In this document: positions 27,284 through 37,510 of the stretch, one piece after another
Position numbering within the stretch: the first letter of the stretch is position 1
How the letters are laid out: each line of letters begins with the position of its first letter
Source: Thermoplasmatota archaeon
GTDB taxonomy: Archaea > Thermoplasmatota > Poseidoniia > Poseidoniales > Poseidoniaceae
Direction of reading: 5' to 3'
Length of the DNA: 64,000 nt
NCBI GenBank assembly: GCA_036160735.1
Contig: JAYYDR010000051.1
Coordinates: forward strand, 10,830 to 74,829
Program-made: the position numbers and the translations under genes
The notes under the pieces: model-generated
Database searches by the model: none
Told to the model about the DNA's origin: nothing
Seen by the model: only the letters and a program-made list of their open reading frames with translations

Positions 27284-27907
27284 ATGGTGAACCAACTCAG
27301 AATCGAAGTTCGCTTACCTGAAGGACACTGGTCTGGAGATGTATCTAGACAACGTCCCGAAGCGGTACTGCGAATCGAAGAAACGATGCCGCTGGGAAGA
27401 GGCAGAGGTACTGCAAAAATGTCTTCTTCCTGTGATATAGAGGATGAATTGATTTCACACCAGGGGGTAGATGATGTTCGAGACCTTGGTGGCAATCGCT
27501 ACGAGGTCGACATCGCGCCAAAGGGCGGTGGATACATCAAAGAAATCAGGGAAGTCGGTGTAATACCGCAATCTCCGTTCGAAGTGAGAGACGGTTGGGT
27601 CGATTGGACGATTGAATGCTCAGCTCAAAAAAGTAGAGAATTAGTTCAACTATTGAGGGAAGAAGGAACCCCATACAGAGTGGTCTCAACAAGAGCAACT
27701 GGTTCTAGAATGTTGACGCCAAAGCAAAGACTGATTTTTGATTCTGCTCTAAATGAGGGATACTGGGACACACCAAGACGTATTACCCTGAGTGATTTGG
27801 CCGAACTTCTAGGTTTGAGTAAATCCACCTTATCCGTACACCTCCACAAAATCGAGGGAATCGTTCTAAACGTGTTCGCAGAAGAGGTGCGTCGGAACTC
27901 ACCCTGA
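27284..27907 (+). CDS. HTH_10 (bacterio-opsin-activator-type) transcriptional regulator.
   Basis: C-terminal DTPRRITLSDLAELLGLSKSTLSVHLHKIE, the HTH_10 signature. Confidence 0.7.
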   Translation: MVNQLRIEVRLPEGHWSGDVSRQRPEAVLRIEETMPLGRGRGTAKMSSSCDIEDELISHQGVDDVRDLGGNRYEVDIAPKGGGYIKEIREVGVIPQSPFEVRDGWVDWTIECSAQKSRELVQLLREEGTPYRVVSTRATGSRMLTPKQRLIFDSALNEGYWDTPRRITLSDLAELLGLSKSTLSVHLHKIEGIVLNVFAEEVRRNSP

Positions 27908-27966
27908 ACATGTTCGTGCGAACATGTTCGCAAATTCATGAATAGTAGGAACCCTCTCCCCGGTCC

Positions 27967-29130
27967 ATGGCAGAACTACCTAAGACATGGGAAGACTGGG
28001 TCGCCAACTTTGGCGAATGGCAAGACAGAGTGGGTTTCAACAGAGAATGGCTAGGCGATTTCGACTTATCTATTCTATTTGACTGGGACCGTGCAGGCGA
28101 TGTTATCGAATTCGGTGACTACGCTGGAAGAGCAAAGTGGGAGAGAGCACTACAAGTGCCTCACCAGAACATTCGTGACTCCCTGGTCGCAATGATCACC
28201 GTACAGGGTGACACTGAGTTTGCATCAGTCGAACAACAGAGACACCTACTTGAGACAGCACCAACAGATTATGACCGCTATGCAGCAGCTCGTATCATGG
28301 CTGAAGAACAGAGACACGGTTGGCAGATGGCTTACCTCCTCATGACATACTTCGGACAGCAGGGACGAAGAGAAGCACAAAAGCTACTAGAGCGTAATGC
28401 ACAAGATGGTGACAGACTACTAGGTGCTTTCAACAGACCAATGCCTCACTGGCTTGATTTCTTCAACTATACAATGTTCGTAGATAGAGATGGAAAGTTC
28501 CAACTGGGAATGCTATCGACATCAGCGTTCAAGCCGCTAGCAGCATCCATGGGACCAATGCTCAAGGAAGAATCGTTCCACTTAGGAACCGGCTCAAACG
28601 GTCTACGTCGTATTATCAAGGCAGGAGTTATCCCTCTAGATATGCTACAACGCTACATGAACAAGTGGGTCGCAACCGCTCACGACTTATTCGGTACAGA
28701 CTCCTCCACTTCCGCTCACTGGGCATACGTTTGGGGAGTTAAGGGACGCTGGGACGAGCGCAAGAAACTCGAGGCTGACATCGAAGTCGACAAGGAAGTC
28801 CTCAACGAAGAGAGCCGTGGCCACTACCACGATGAAATCGTTAGAGAAGTCGAGAAACTAAACGGCTACCTACCTGAAGGATGCGGAGTAACACTCTACG
28901 TTCCTCACGAAAACTTCCACAGAGATATCGGCGCATTCGGTGGCAAGAAGTGCTACACTAACGGAGAATTATTCGAAGGAACCGACGAAGAGTACTCAGA
29001 GTACCTACGCACTGTCCTACCAACACCAGAAGACGAAGAAGCTCTGAAAGAATTGTTCAAGCAGCAGTGGATTCAAGACAAGCCACTGACCCCTAGACAA
29101 CTCGCTAGTGGAATCGGCGCAACCGCTTGA
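27967..29130 (+). CDS. Ferritin-like diiron oxygenase of the PaaA/BoxB family (phenylacetyl-CoA / benzoyl-CoA epoxidase-like).
   Basis: Two E..H diiron motifs: RIMAEEQRHGWQ and MLKEESFHLGTG, the second identical to the E. coli PaaA KEESFH core from memory. Confidence 0.55.
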   Translation: MAELPKTWEDWVANFGEWQDRVGFNREWLGDFDLSILFDWDRAGDVIEFGDYAGRAKWERALQVPHQNIRDSLVAMITVQGDTEFASVEQQRHLLETAPTDYDRYAAARIMAEEQRHGWQMAYLLMTYFGQQGRREAQKLLERNAQDGDRLLGAFNRPMPHWLDFFNYTMFVDRDGKFQLGMLSTSAFKPLAASMGPMLKEESFHLGTGSNGLRRIIKAGVIPLDMLQRYMNKWVATAHDLFGTDSSTSAHWAYVWGVKGRWDERKKLEADIEVDKEVLNEESRGHYHDEIVREVEKLNGYLPEGCGVTLYVPHENFHRDIGAFGGKKCYTNGELFEGTDEEYSEYLRTVLPTPEDEEALKELFKQQWIQDKPLTPRQLASGIGATA

Positions 29131-29139
29131 GGTGGTTAT

Positions 29140-29676
29140 TTGATTCCCGTCTCGCTCTACGGAGCCGACGAAGCGGAGTTAGAACGCTTCTATTCGGTAC
29201 TACCTGGATTAGTCAGTGATGCCTACGAGGATCGTCCCTATCAGGAAACTCTGTTTTCTGTGACAGGTGAAGATATCATAGAACACATCGAATTGGCTGA
29301 CTCTTGGGCAAATAACACACCGTTTGCCTGGCCAGAGGATGTAGTGATGGAAGTCAACATGGCAATTCAAACAATCAAGTACCCCGACGTCGGATTGCTT
29401 GAGCACTTGTTAACTCTGGAAAACATAGACTGTAAAAGAGTCTCAACTTGGATGCACTTTGAGACCAACGTATATCCAATCTACACCAAAGAAGCATGCG
29501 ATGGCCTAGAAAAACTAGGTCTGCCTACACCATATCTTCCAAACGATATCGCATCATACGGATTGTATGTTCAAAGACTTGAAGGACTGAAAATCCACGC
29601 CCCAGCCGAAGGAATGCCAGAAATTGGGCTGCCTAGAGCTCGCATTCTGCAACTCGGCTTGGAGCGATTTGGATGA
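29140..29676 (+). CDS. Hypothetical protein (178 aa) co-oriented with the PaaA/BoxB-like gene.
   Basis: ORF with tight spacing (9-nt gap upstream, 4-nt overlap downstream). No motif recognised. Confidence 0.45.
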   Translation: MIPVSLYGADEAELERFYSVLPGLVSDAYEDRPYQETLFSVTGEDIIEHIELADSWANNTPFAWPEDVVMEVNMAIQTIKYPDVGLLEHLLTLENIDCKRVSTWMHFETNVYPIYTKEACDGLEKLGLPTPYLPNDIASYGLYVQRLEGLKIHAPAEGMPEIGLPRARILQLGLERFG

Positions 29677-30575
29677 ATAATGTTTCAACCCATCTAAAAT
29701 TGCTCGCAGTTGCGATAATTTGGGGACTGGGTTGGGTTGCTGGCAGAGTTGCCGCACTTGAGATACCACCATTTACTGCCGGATGGGTCAGATACATCAT
29801 AGCAGTAGCGTGTTTTTTGGTATTTCTGAAGGTAACAAAACAATGGATTCTTCCTGCAAAAGATCAATGGAAAATAATCACCGCAATCGGTTTCCTGTCC
29901 ACCTTTCTCTATCAGGCATTTTTCATGTATGGAATGAAATGGACTGCTGCCGGTGATGCATCACTGATGATAACTTTCAATCCAGTGTTTACGGCGATTC
30001 TAGCGGTACCATTTCTTGGAGAAAAATTCGATTTTAGACTTGGTGCGGGGTTGCTATCAGCCGTTTGTGGTGTAATTGTAATCGCATGGTATTCACCGAA
30101 CGTAGACCTTCCAGTAAATGAGAGACTTCTGGGAGATGCATTGATCGGAATGGCTGCATTATCCTGGGCTTGTACAACGATTTTGATGAAGAAAGCGATG
30201 ACTGGAGAAAACCCAATGTCTCCTCTACACCTCACAGTATGGTCAAGCGTTGTTGGACTACTAATCCAAACACCTGTGGTAATTTGGGAATACACTCAAG
30301 TTGGATTTCCGACCGATGCTTCGCTCGAAGGATGGGCGTGGCTCGCTTTCCTTGCTATCTTCTCAACCGTCTTGAGTTACGTTTGGTTTGCTGATGGAAT
30401 TCGAATCATCGGAGCGGGAAGGTCGGCAATGTACGTTTACCTCGTACCCATTTTTGGAATTCTGAGTGGGTGGCTATTGCTCGATGAGAAATTAGGACTT
30501 TCACTAATAGCATCCTTCATTCTAATTGTGGGTGGAGTTTACCTTGCTCAATCTAAGCAACCGTCATCAACCTAA
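29673..30575 (+). CDS. EamA/DMT-superfamily transporter (10 TM).
   Basis: Duplicated EamA-like hydrophobic halves; LKLLAVAIIWGLGWVAG N-terminus. Confidence 0.75.
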   Translation: MNNVSTHLKLLAVAIIWGLGWVAGRVAALEIPPFTAGWVRYIIAVACFLVFLKVTKQWILPAKDQWKIITAIGFLSTFLYQAFFMYGMKWTAAGDASLMITFNPVFTAILAVPFLGEKFDFRLGAGLLSAVCGVIVIAWYSPNVDLPVNERLLGDALIGMAALSWACTTILMKKAMTGENPMSPLHLTVWSSVVGLLIQTPVVIWEYTQVGFPTDASLEGWAWLAFLAIFSTVLSYVWFADGIRIIGAGRSAMYVYLVPIFGILSGWLLLDEKLGLSLIASFILIVGGVYLAQSKQPSST

Positions 30576-30593
30576 TTCCCTTGGACAAGAAAC

Positions 30594-31478
30594 ATGGGAA
30601 TCAATACTGTAGCCGTCATTGGAGCAGGAACAATGGGTGCAGGAATTGCACAAATTTGTGCACAAGCTGGTTGGCATACCAACCTGTATGACGCATTTCC
30701 CGAAGGTCTAGAGCGTGGAATGAACACAATAGATGCATTCTGGGACAAAGGCATCGCTAGGGGCAAAACCACTGCTGAACAAAAAGCAACCTGGACAGCA
30801 AATCTGCATGCCGTTCCTGACATGCGTGAAGCGGTAAAGGATGCTGATCTAGTTATCGAAGCGGTCCCTGAAATCCCAGATTTGAAGCACAAAATTTTCG
30901 CAGACCTTGGTACAATGACCAAGGAAGACTGCATCCTAGGTACAAACACTTCTTCCCTATCAATCGCAGATATTGCTGCTGCATCCGGTAGGCCAGAGAA
31001 AGTCATTGGAATGCATTTTTTCAATCCAGTTCCAATTATGAAACTGCTTGAATTGATCAAGCATGATTCATGCGCTGAATCCACTATTGAGGCCGCTACC
31101 GCTGCCGGAGAGGCGATGGGAAAGACAACCATCTTGGTCAAGGATGTGCCAGGATTTGCAACATCCAGACTTGGCGTAGTGTTAGGAAATGAGGCAATTC
31201 GAATGCTAGCTGATGGAGTTGCATCTGCAAAGGATATCGACACTGCAATGGTCTTGGGATACAAGCATCCGATGGGGCCACTCGCTCTAACTGACCTCGT
31301 CGGACTAGATGTGCGCAGAGACATTCTTCTGAATCTGAAGAAATCATTCAACGATGATTCATACACACCCCATCCACTCCTTGAGAAGTTGATCGCAGAA
31401 GGACGCTTAGGGAAGAAGTCCGGTAAGGGAATCTATGACTGGTCATCAGGTTCTGCCGAAGAAACCGAACTTCCTTGA
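30594..31478 (+). CDS. 3-hydroxyacyl-CoA dehydrogenase (NAD-binding; Hbd/PaaH/FadB-type).
   Basis: VAVIGAGTMGAGIAQ Rossmann motif, conserved HFFNP and C-terminal dimerisation domain. Confidence 0.85.
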   Translation: MGINTVAVIGAGTMGAGIAQICAQAGWHTNLYDAFPEGLERGMNTIDAFWDKGIARGKTTAEQKATWTANLHAVPDMREAVKDADLVIEAVPEIPDLKHKIFADLGTMTKEDCILGTNTSSLSIADIAAASGRPEKVIGMHFFNPVPIMKLLELIKHDSCAESTIEAATAAGEAMGKTTILVKDVPGFATSRLGVVLGNEAIRMLADGVASAKDIDTAMVLGYKHPMGPLALTDLVGLDVRRDILLNLKKSFNDDSYTPHPLLEKLIAEGRLGKKSGKGIYDWSSGSAEETELP

Positions 31479-31529
31479 GCGGGTTTTATTTCATAATTCG
31501 GCGCCAGTTTTATGCACTAAATCTGCATA

Positions 31530-32477
31530 GTGCAAACAATGAAGATGCGATTTTTCTTTGTTTGCTTGATTCTTCTTATGACAACTTTGCAAGGATGTTT
31601 GTCCGATGATGATGACTCGTCAAGCAGGTCAAGCTCGAACTGCGCTGATGATGCTCTAAATCCTGACTTGTACGGAATATGGCTGAAGCATACTTATCAT
31701 GATCTTACCATAGGAGAACTCCACTTCCAAGCCAATGGAGAAAGGACCACCCATCGTGATGACCCAGATTTTGACCAAACTTGCTGGTATATCGATGGTG
31801 ACGAATTGATTTATGAGAAAATTTATGCCCAGCAAGGAAAAGTACTTTGGCATTCAAATTACTACATCGATGGAGACTTGTTATTTTACAGCCATGTTTT
31901 CACAGAGAGTATTGACATAAACGGGATTAACGTTGGAAATTCATACAATGATAAGCCAACTGAGTGTTATTTGTTTCACAAGTCTGGCGCTTTCTCAGAT
32001 AACACAACTTTGAACTCTACAATAAATTCAACGCAGTTCCCTGACTTTTGTACTTGGATTTTCGCTGACCCGACTGGTGCTAGCCCGACAGATGCTTGGG
32101 ATTCTACACACTACCTTGCGCAAGACCATTCTGATTCGGTAACCACCGGTTCAAATGATAATCTTATGACTGTCGAAATTGATGAGTTCTTCGGAGAGAT
32201 TGATTGGTATGTTTCTGAATACAACTATGGCTTTACGCTCAACATCACAGTCAATAACCAGTATTACACTTGTTATACCGAATATCAAAGTGCAGACTGT
32301 ATTATAACGTTTTCAGGGATTGACAATTATTACGCAGTTTGGGAAGAATTCGAAATTGCCACAGTAGCAGAGAATGGAGTTGATATTTGCTCTGTACAAT
32401 GTGATATCGAAATAAATGAACTCCATTTGAGAGAAGAGGACTGGTTACCCGGGACAACCAATGTCACAGTACAGTGA
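31530..32477 (+). CDS. Secreted lipoprotein, hypothetical (lipobox LQGC). Asp/Tyr/Asn-rich with several Cys.
   Basis: MKMRFFFVCLILLMTTLQGC signal peptide with lipobox. Confidence 0.5.
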   Translation: MQTMKMRFFFVCLILLMTTLQGCLSDDDDSSSRSSSNCADDALNPDLYGIWLKHTYHDLTIGELHFQANGERTTHRDDPDFDQTCWYIDGDELIYEKIYAQQGKVLWHSNYYIDGDLLFYSHVFTESIDINGINVGNSYNDKPTECYLFHKSGAFSDNTTLNSTINSTQFPDFCTWIFADPTGASPTDAWDSTHYLAQDHSDSVTTGSNDNLMTVEIDEFFGEIDWYVSEYNYGFTLNITVNNQYYTCYTEYQSADCIITFSGIDNYYAVWEEFEIATVAENGVDICSVQCDIEINELHLREEDWLPGTTNVTVQ

Positions 32478-32597
32478 TATCCGCACGAAATTGTAAGGTA
32501 CTCTTTTCCACCGGAGAAGAGATGAAACTTACAGAATGAGAGTTTTGTGGCTTGGATTATTACAACCCATTAAGAGGGGTTTGCATTACTGACCTCC

Positions 32598-33149
32598 ATG
32601 GAAGTAAGTCGTGAGATGATTAGGACCTTCACGTTCATAGCAGGACCATTAGTACTGGTTAGCTATGGTTTGGCTCTGTCAAAGATGGATGACAAGGCTG
32701 CTCTGTGGGGCGGAATTCCGAGTTCATGGATTACTTACATTGTGCCATTCATGTTTTTGGCAACAATTGGATTCTTGATGTATTGGTGGGTTGCATTATT
32801 CAAAATAGACGTCGCTGTACTTGAATCACTACACTGGCCATGGGGAGAATCCGATGGCAAGGGTGCACAAAGGCTTCTTCTAGCTTATGCGATGTTCTTG
32901 ATTCCATCCATGTTCTGGATTGATAGCACTAGAATGCACATCAATAACGACTATGCTTGGACCCCATTCTTGGTGATTGGAATCCTAGCGCTAGCATCGA
33001 TTGGCAACATCATGTTCGGACTGCTTGCGTATGGAGCATATCAAGATGGAATTGATGGTTCAGGGGTAATGCTACTCGGTTCTATCTTCTTGGGAATACA
33101 AGTTATTGTCAATGACCTAATTGTTTGGTCTGCCAAATTCCCCTGGTAA
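32598..33149 (+). CDS. Hypothetical integral membrane protein (5 TM).
   Basis: Hydrophobicity pattern only. Confidence 0.45.
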   Translation: MEVSREMIRTFTFIAGPLVLVSYGLALSKMDDKAALWGGIPSSWITYIVPFMFLATIGFLMYWWVALFKIDVAVLESLHWPWGESDGKGAQRLLLAYAMFLIPSMFWIDSTRMHINNDYAWTPFLVIGILALASIGNIMFGLLAYGAYQDGIDGSGVMLLGSIFLGIQVIVNDLIVWSAKFPW

Positions 33150-33151
33150 AA

Positions 33152-33571
33152 TTAAGCGATCAGGAATTCCTCGATAATTATCTGGGTTACAACTAATGCG
33201 AAGAATACAGCAACTGCAGCGGCAATGAAAATCGCAGTTCTATTTTTGCGATACCACTCGCGCTCACTCATATTTTCATCAAATTCTTTCAATGTCTCCT
33301 TGATATCTTGACGGACTTCATCAACGAAGTCTTCCAATGGCTGAGTTAAATCATCCAATGCCTCAGAGATCACAGAACCCTTTGGGTCAGTCTCTTCCCA
33401 GTTCGGCCTAAAGTAGGCGTAGATTCTGATTAGACCAATTCTGTAAATGAATATGAGGAATAACAGAGCTACAAGAATCGGCGGTGCAACAACCGAGAAG
33501 AAAATCACTGGAATAAGTGGAAGAATGGATAGGAACCAAAACACCTCTACGAAAAGAGGACCATCATTCAA
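33152..33571 (-). CDS. Hypothetical small membrane protein (3 TM).
   Basis: Hydrophobicity pattern only. Confidence 0.4.
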   Translation of the reverse strand: MNDGPLFVEVFWFLSILPLIPVIFFSVVAPPILVALLFLIFIYRIGLIRIYAYFRPNWEETDPKGSVISEALDDLTQPLEDFVDEVRQDIKETLKEFDENMSEREWYRKNRTAIFIAAAVAVFFALVVTQIIIEEFLIA

Positions 33572-33675
33572 CTTGGGACTGTTGAACCACTTGTTGTCCT
33601 TGTTATTGGGGGTGGGACAGGTTCTTCTGTCATGACCTTCCTTTCTACAAATTCCGCATTTCCTGCCGATCTAAA

Positions 33676-34449
33676 TCACCTGTCGTTAGAAAAATCAGGT
33701 TTGCGTTTTGAGAGGAATGCATCAATTCCCTCTGCAAAAGATGCGGTTGTTCCAGCGGCTTCGATCAAAGTTTGTTCGTGCTTGAGATGGGTCTCAAAGT
33801 CATTCACATTCTGAGTTAACAATAGATGCTTTGTCGCTTCTTTTGTGTGGCTGCCCCACTGTGACCATGTGTTCGCAATCTCGATGGCTCTCTCAATCAA
33901 ATCGTCTTCAGTAACCACTTCGTCGATTGCTCCAAGTTTGCATGCTTCATCTGCACTCCAGACTTGGTTTTCTAGGAAGAAACGACGGGCGACCTGTTCG
34001 CCAACCAATCGTGGAAGTAACCATGTTGTTCCGCCATCGGGAGAAAGACCGATTCCTGAATATGATGCAGCCATCTTTCCGTTTGGACTTGCGATTCTCG
34101 CATCACACGCAAGAGCAAGACCCAGTCCACCGCCAGCGGATGCACCATTTAGCGCTGCGACGAAGATTGTCTTCGAGGTGCGCATCTTCACGAGCATTGG
34201 ATGAAGAATATCAGTTAGTTCACGAATTAGTTCGACACTATCTCCGTCATCGATTGACTTCTGAAATGCCTTGATATCAGCACCTGCAGAGAAAAACTTG
34301 CCTTCTCCGGTAATGACAATAGCTTTGCAGCCAATATTGTCCATCACAGCGTCTCTAATTTTAGGAAGAAACTCCCTGCTAAAAGACTGAGTTGCAGAAC
34401 CACCCGTAAGTTGGATGAGAGTTACCCCGTCTCTTTGGCTTACTTCCAT
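33676..34449 (-). CDS. Enoyl-CoA hydratase/isomerase family protein.
   Basis: FFSAGADIKAF and GASAGGGLGLALACDARIA motifs. Confidence 0.8.
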   Translation of the reverse strand: MEVSQRDGVTLIQLTGGSATQSFSREFLPKIRDAVMDNIGCKAIVITGEGKFFSAGADIKAFQKSIDDGDSVELIRELTDILHPMLVKMRTSKTIFVAALNGASAGGGLGLALACDARIASPNGKMAASYSGIGLSPDGGTTWLLPRLVGEQVARRFFLENQVWSADEACKLGAIDEVVTEDDLIERAIEIANTWSQWGSHTKEATKHLLLTQNVNDFETHLKHEQTLIEAAGTTASFAEGIDAFLSKRKPDFSNDR

Positions 34450-34453
34450 GATA

Positions 34454-35890
34454 TCACAGCTTTACGTTGACGTTCTTCACTTTCGTGTAGAAGTTGAGAG
34501 CATCCTTGGATTGCTCGATACCGATTCCAGAATGCTTCCATCCTGTGAATGCTGTTTGAGGGAATGTGATCGGGTATTCGTTGATACTTACCATTCCAGA
34601 TTCAACATCTCTTGCGAACTTGTGAGCACGAGATAGGTCGTTTGTCCAAATTCCGTTTAGAAGACCGAATGGAGTATCGTTTGCTAATGCGAGTGCTTCA
34701 GAATCTTCGCTAAACTTGGTTACAGAAAGAACTGGTCCGAATAACTCCTCTTGAAACAATAGGTTATCGGAAGACACACCTGTTACAACGGTTGCTTCCA
34801 TGAATGCGCCGTCTCTGTCTAGTGCATTGCCACCGCAAGCGATTTCTCCACCTTGGGCAAGTCCTTTTGCCAGCATGTCGAGAACATCATCTCTATGAGA
34901 GGTATGGACCATACTTCCCATTCTGACTCCTTCTTCCATTCCTGGACCGACAGGCCACTTGGAAATCTCTGCGACAATTGCATCCACTAACTCATCGTGA
35001 ACGTCTTCATGGACGATTAGACGGGAGCCTGCCCAGCACATCTGTCCTGCATTCATGAATATGCCAAAGCAGATCGCTTTTGCACAATACTTCAAATTAG
35101 CATCAGGGAAAACAACATTTGCACCCTTTCCACCTAACTCAAGAGTCACGGGGGTTAGGTTTTCGCTAGCCTTTGCCATTACAGCTTGACCCGTTGGTAC
35201 TCCACCGGTTAGAACTATTCCATCGACTCCGGAGTGCCCCGCTAGAGCGTCCCCGATTAGACCACCAGAACCTGTAATCACTTGCAAGACATCTGCAGGA
35301 AGTCCGACTTCCGCCTCTTGCATTGCCTTCATCCAAGCAATCAATGAAAGAGGGGTCCAAGATGCTGGCTTGGCAATCACTGTGCAACCTGCGGTGAGTG
35401 CCGGAGCGATTGAGCGAATTGCAAGTTGTAGTGGGAAGTTCCACGGTACTATGTGAGCGGTTACACCTAATGGTTGTCTCAAAGTGTAATTCAAGCGATT
35501 TCCTGGAACTGGAATTGTACTGCCTTCTATCTTGTCAGATAGGCCAGCGAAATACTCCAGTGTCCATGCGCCATAGCGAATTTCACTCAATGCCTCACGG
35601 AATGTCTTCCCGTTGTTAGAGGATTCTATGGCAGCCAGACTCTTTGCGTTTGCATAGGTTGCTGCAGCCATTTTCTGTAGAATGCGCCCTCGTTGTGCTG
35701 GGTCCATTGCTCCCCATTCCTTAGAATTCAAAGCAGCTCTAGATGCTGCTACACATCTCTCAACATCTGCAATAGTTGCTTTTGGTGTTGTAGCAATAAC
35801 TTCCCCTGTTGCCGGGTTTAACACATCTGAAGTTGAACCATCCTCTGCATCAGTCCACTCGCCTGCAATCCACATTTGTTCGCTCGCCAT
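34454..35890 (-). CDS. NAD(P)-dependent aldehyde dehydrogenase.
   Basis: ALDH motifs LELGGKGANVVF, catalytic Cys region AGQMCWAGSRL and EELFGPV. Start at MASEQMWIAGEW. Confidence 0.85.
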   Translation of the reverse strand: MASEQMWIAGEWTDAEDGSTSDVLNPATGEVIATTPKATIADVERCVAASRAALNSKEWGAMDPAQRGRILQKMAAATYANAKSLAAIESSNNGKTFREALSEIRYGAWTLEYFAGLSDKIEGSTIPVPGNRLNYTLRQPLGVTAHIVPWNFPLQLAIRSIAPALTAGCTVIAKPASWTPLSLIAWMKAMQEAEVGLPADVLQVITGSGGLIGDALAGHSGVDGIVLTGGVPTGQAVMAKASENLTPVTLELGGKGANVVFPDANLKYCAKAICFGIFMNAGQMCWAGSRLIVHEDVHDELVDAIVAEISKWPVGPGMEEGVRMGSMVHTSHRDDVLDMLAKGLAQGGEIACGGNALDRDGAFMEATVVTGVSSDNLLFQEELFGPVLSVTKFSEDSEALALANDTPFGLLNGIWTNDLSRAHKFARDVESGMVSINEYPITFPQTAFTGWKHSGIGIEQSKDALNFYTKVKNVNVKL

Positions 35891-35970
35891 ATCGCATCCG
35901 AAGGAGAACCGCCTCAAAGCCTCTCCCGTCGAGGGTTGTCTTGATTAGCAAGCAGGAACACCAGCCTATC

Positions 35971-36633
35971 ATGGCGAGGCGAATTGGTATTGCAGATACC
36001 ACTACTACCAAAGTAACAGGGCGCCCTCCAATTCTAATCTTAATCGCAGGTGCAACAGGCGTTGGTAAATCGACGACCGCAGTGAAGTTCGCCAACGAGC
36101 ACTCATTTGCTAGATTGCTCTCAACAGATGCAATTAGAGAAATCATGCGTGTACAGGGTAGTGAAGAAAATAATGCTCTACATCGCTCTTCGTTTTCAAG
36201 AGGAGAGTCTGGAGACGCTGTATTGGATTGGCAAGATACATGCAAAGCCGTAGAAGCTGGCATTCAAGCAACTATTGAGAGGGCAAGAAGAGAAGGTATA
36301 GACCTAATTTTGGAGGGAGTTCACATCGAACCAAGTTCTCGTTTGCTAAGATCTTGGAGGGACTCTGGCGGTATTGCCATCGGAATAGTAATGCACGTCG
36401 ATGACGAATCTCAACACATTAGTTTCCTAAAGCAAAGAGAAAGCCATTCATTTAGGAACGCAGACAGATACATTTCCGCACTTCCAAGGATTAGAGCAAT
36501 ACAAGATTCTCTCAAAGAGAAGGCTAGAATCGCAGACTGGAATAAACTTGACCCGACTATTGTCAAAGACAGTCTTGACAGAATGAATCACTGGCTTGAC
36601 TTAGCGTGGAACGAGTGGCGAAAATCGCATTAA
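35971..36633 (+). CDS. P-loop kinase, 2-phosphoglycerate-kinase-like family.
   Basis: ILILIAGATGVGKSTTA Walker A. Start at the internal MARRIG to avoid overlap with the divergent ALDH gene. Confidence 0.4.
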   Translation: MARRIGIADTTTTKVTGRPPILILIAGATGVGKSTTAVKFANEHSFARLLSTDAIREIMRVQGSEENNALHRSSFSRGESGDAVLDWQDTCKAVEAGIQATIERARREGIDLILEGVHIEPSSRLLRSWRDSGGIAIGIVMHVDDESQHISFLKQRESHSFRNADRYISALPRIRAIQDSLKEKARIADWNKLDPTIVKDSLDRMNHWLDLAWNEWRKSH

Positions 36634-37103
36634 GCATCCAAGTCGATTTCGAACGAGATTATTCTAGTTAGCATTGAATTTCTATCAGCTGCACCCAGTT
36701 CACTAGATACTGAAATTACCCCATCTGACTCGGTAACTGTAATGTTGAGGAGTTTCAACTCAACACCTCTAATTTCTCCATGATGCAACACGTCATCATG
36801 GAGTGAATCGATTGATTTCTGTACGCTTTCGATCTCTGACAGGCCCGAATCATACCATACTTGTGCTCTTGCTTCAGTAATATCAGGCAAACTGTCTGCA
36901 ATATCACCGGATGCTTGGATTGTATCATCACCTGCAGTATCGTATGGCATTGAAATTCCAGCCATCTTGACTGCGAAAATTGCCATTGATAGCAAGGACA
37001 TCATTAGAACAACTCCAGTTGCTAGTAGCATCTGTCCTTCTTCACCTCTCTTGTTTGAGCGCATCAAGAACCACGCTCCCACAAATCCAAACTGATTGTC
37101 CAA
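36630..37103 (-). CDS. Small pilin-like / pilus-associated protein with an N-terminal hydrophobic segment (possible class III signal peptide, KRG-EEGQMLLATGVV).
   Basis: Last gene of the Tad-like pilus operon. N-terminal basic region, then a hydrophobic helix. Confidence 0.35.
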   Translation of the reverse strand: MDNQFGFVGAWFLMRSNKRGEEGQMLLATGVVLMMSLLSMAIFAVKMAGISMPYDTAGDDTIQASGDIADSLPDITEARAQVWYDSGLSEIESVQKSIDSLHDDVLHHGEIRGVELKLLNITVTESDGVISVSSELGAADRNSMLTRIISFEIDLDA

Positions 37104-37501
37104 AGGTGGCCGTCTACTACAACAAGGCCGTGTGAGTTAACTGTACCAGAGCCAGGTGTTGCAACCTCACCATAGGGCTGAGAAGTTCCTGAGTCCTTCG
37201 CTAACCAGCAATTTGCTTCAACTCCAGATGCAAGGTAATTCTGAACCAATTCACATGCAGCATCGCTCTCGCCCGCTGCAAGAAGTTCTGCTAATCTTGA
37301 ATCATAGTCACTCTCTAAGGCCGGTGTTGCAAGGCCAAGATTGATTGCATCCTCTCCTGCGAATTGCATCTCTGCATCGACAGAGATACTGGCTTCGTCT
37401 GGAACATGAACCGTAATCAGAAAAGCTGCGGTCATGAAGAATAGCCAAAACAGAGTAAGCATCTCAAGGATGTGAATCTGTGCATTCTCATCATCACGCA
37501 A
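37064..37501 (-). CDS. Small pilus-associated protein with an N-terminal TM helix.
   Basis: Operon position and hydrophobic N-terminus ILEMLTLFWLFFMTAAFLI. Confidence 0.35.
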   Translation of the reverse strand: MRDDENAQIHILEMLTLFWLFFMTAAFLITVHVPDEASISVDAEMQFAGEDAINLGLATPALESDYDSRLAELLAAGESDAACELVQNYLASGVEANCWLAKDSGTSQPYGEVATPGSGTVNSHGLVVVDGHLWTISLDLWERGS

Positions 37502-37510
37502 GATATCACC

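Noticed and set aside
30572-31366. 264-aa minus-strand ORF.
   Set aside because: Fully antisense to the well-supported 3-hydroxyacyl-CoA dehydrogenase gene. Ala/Ser/Pro-rich translation.
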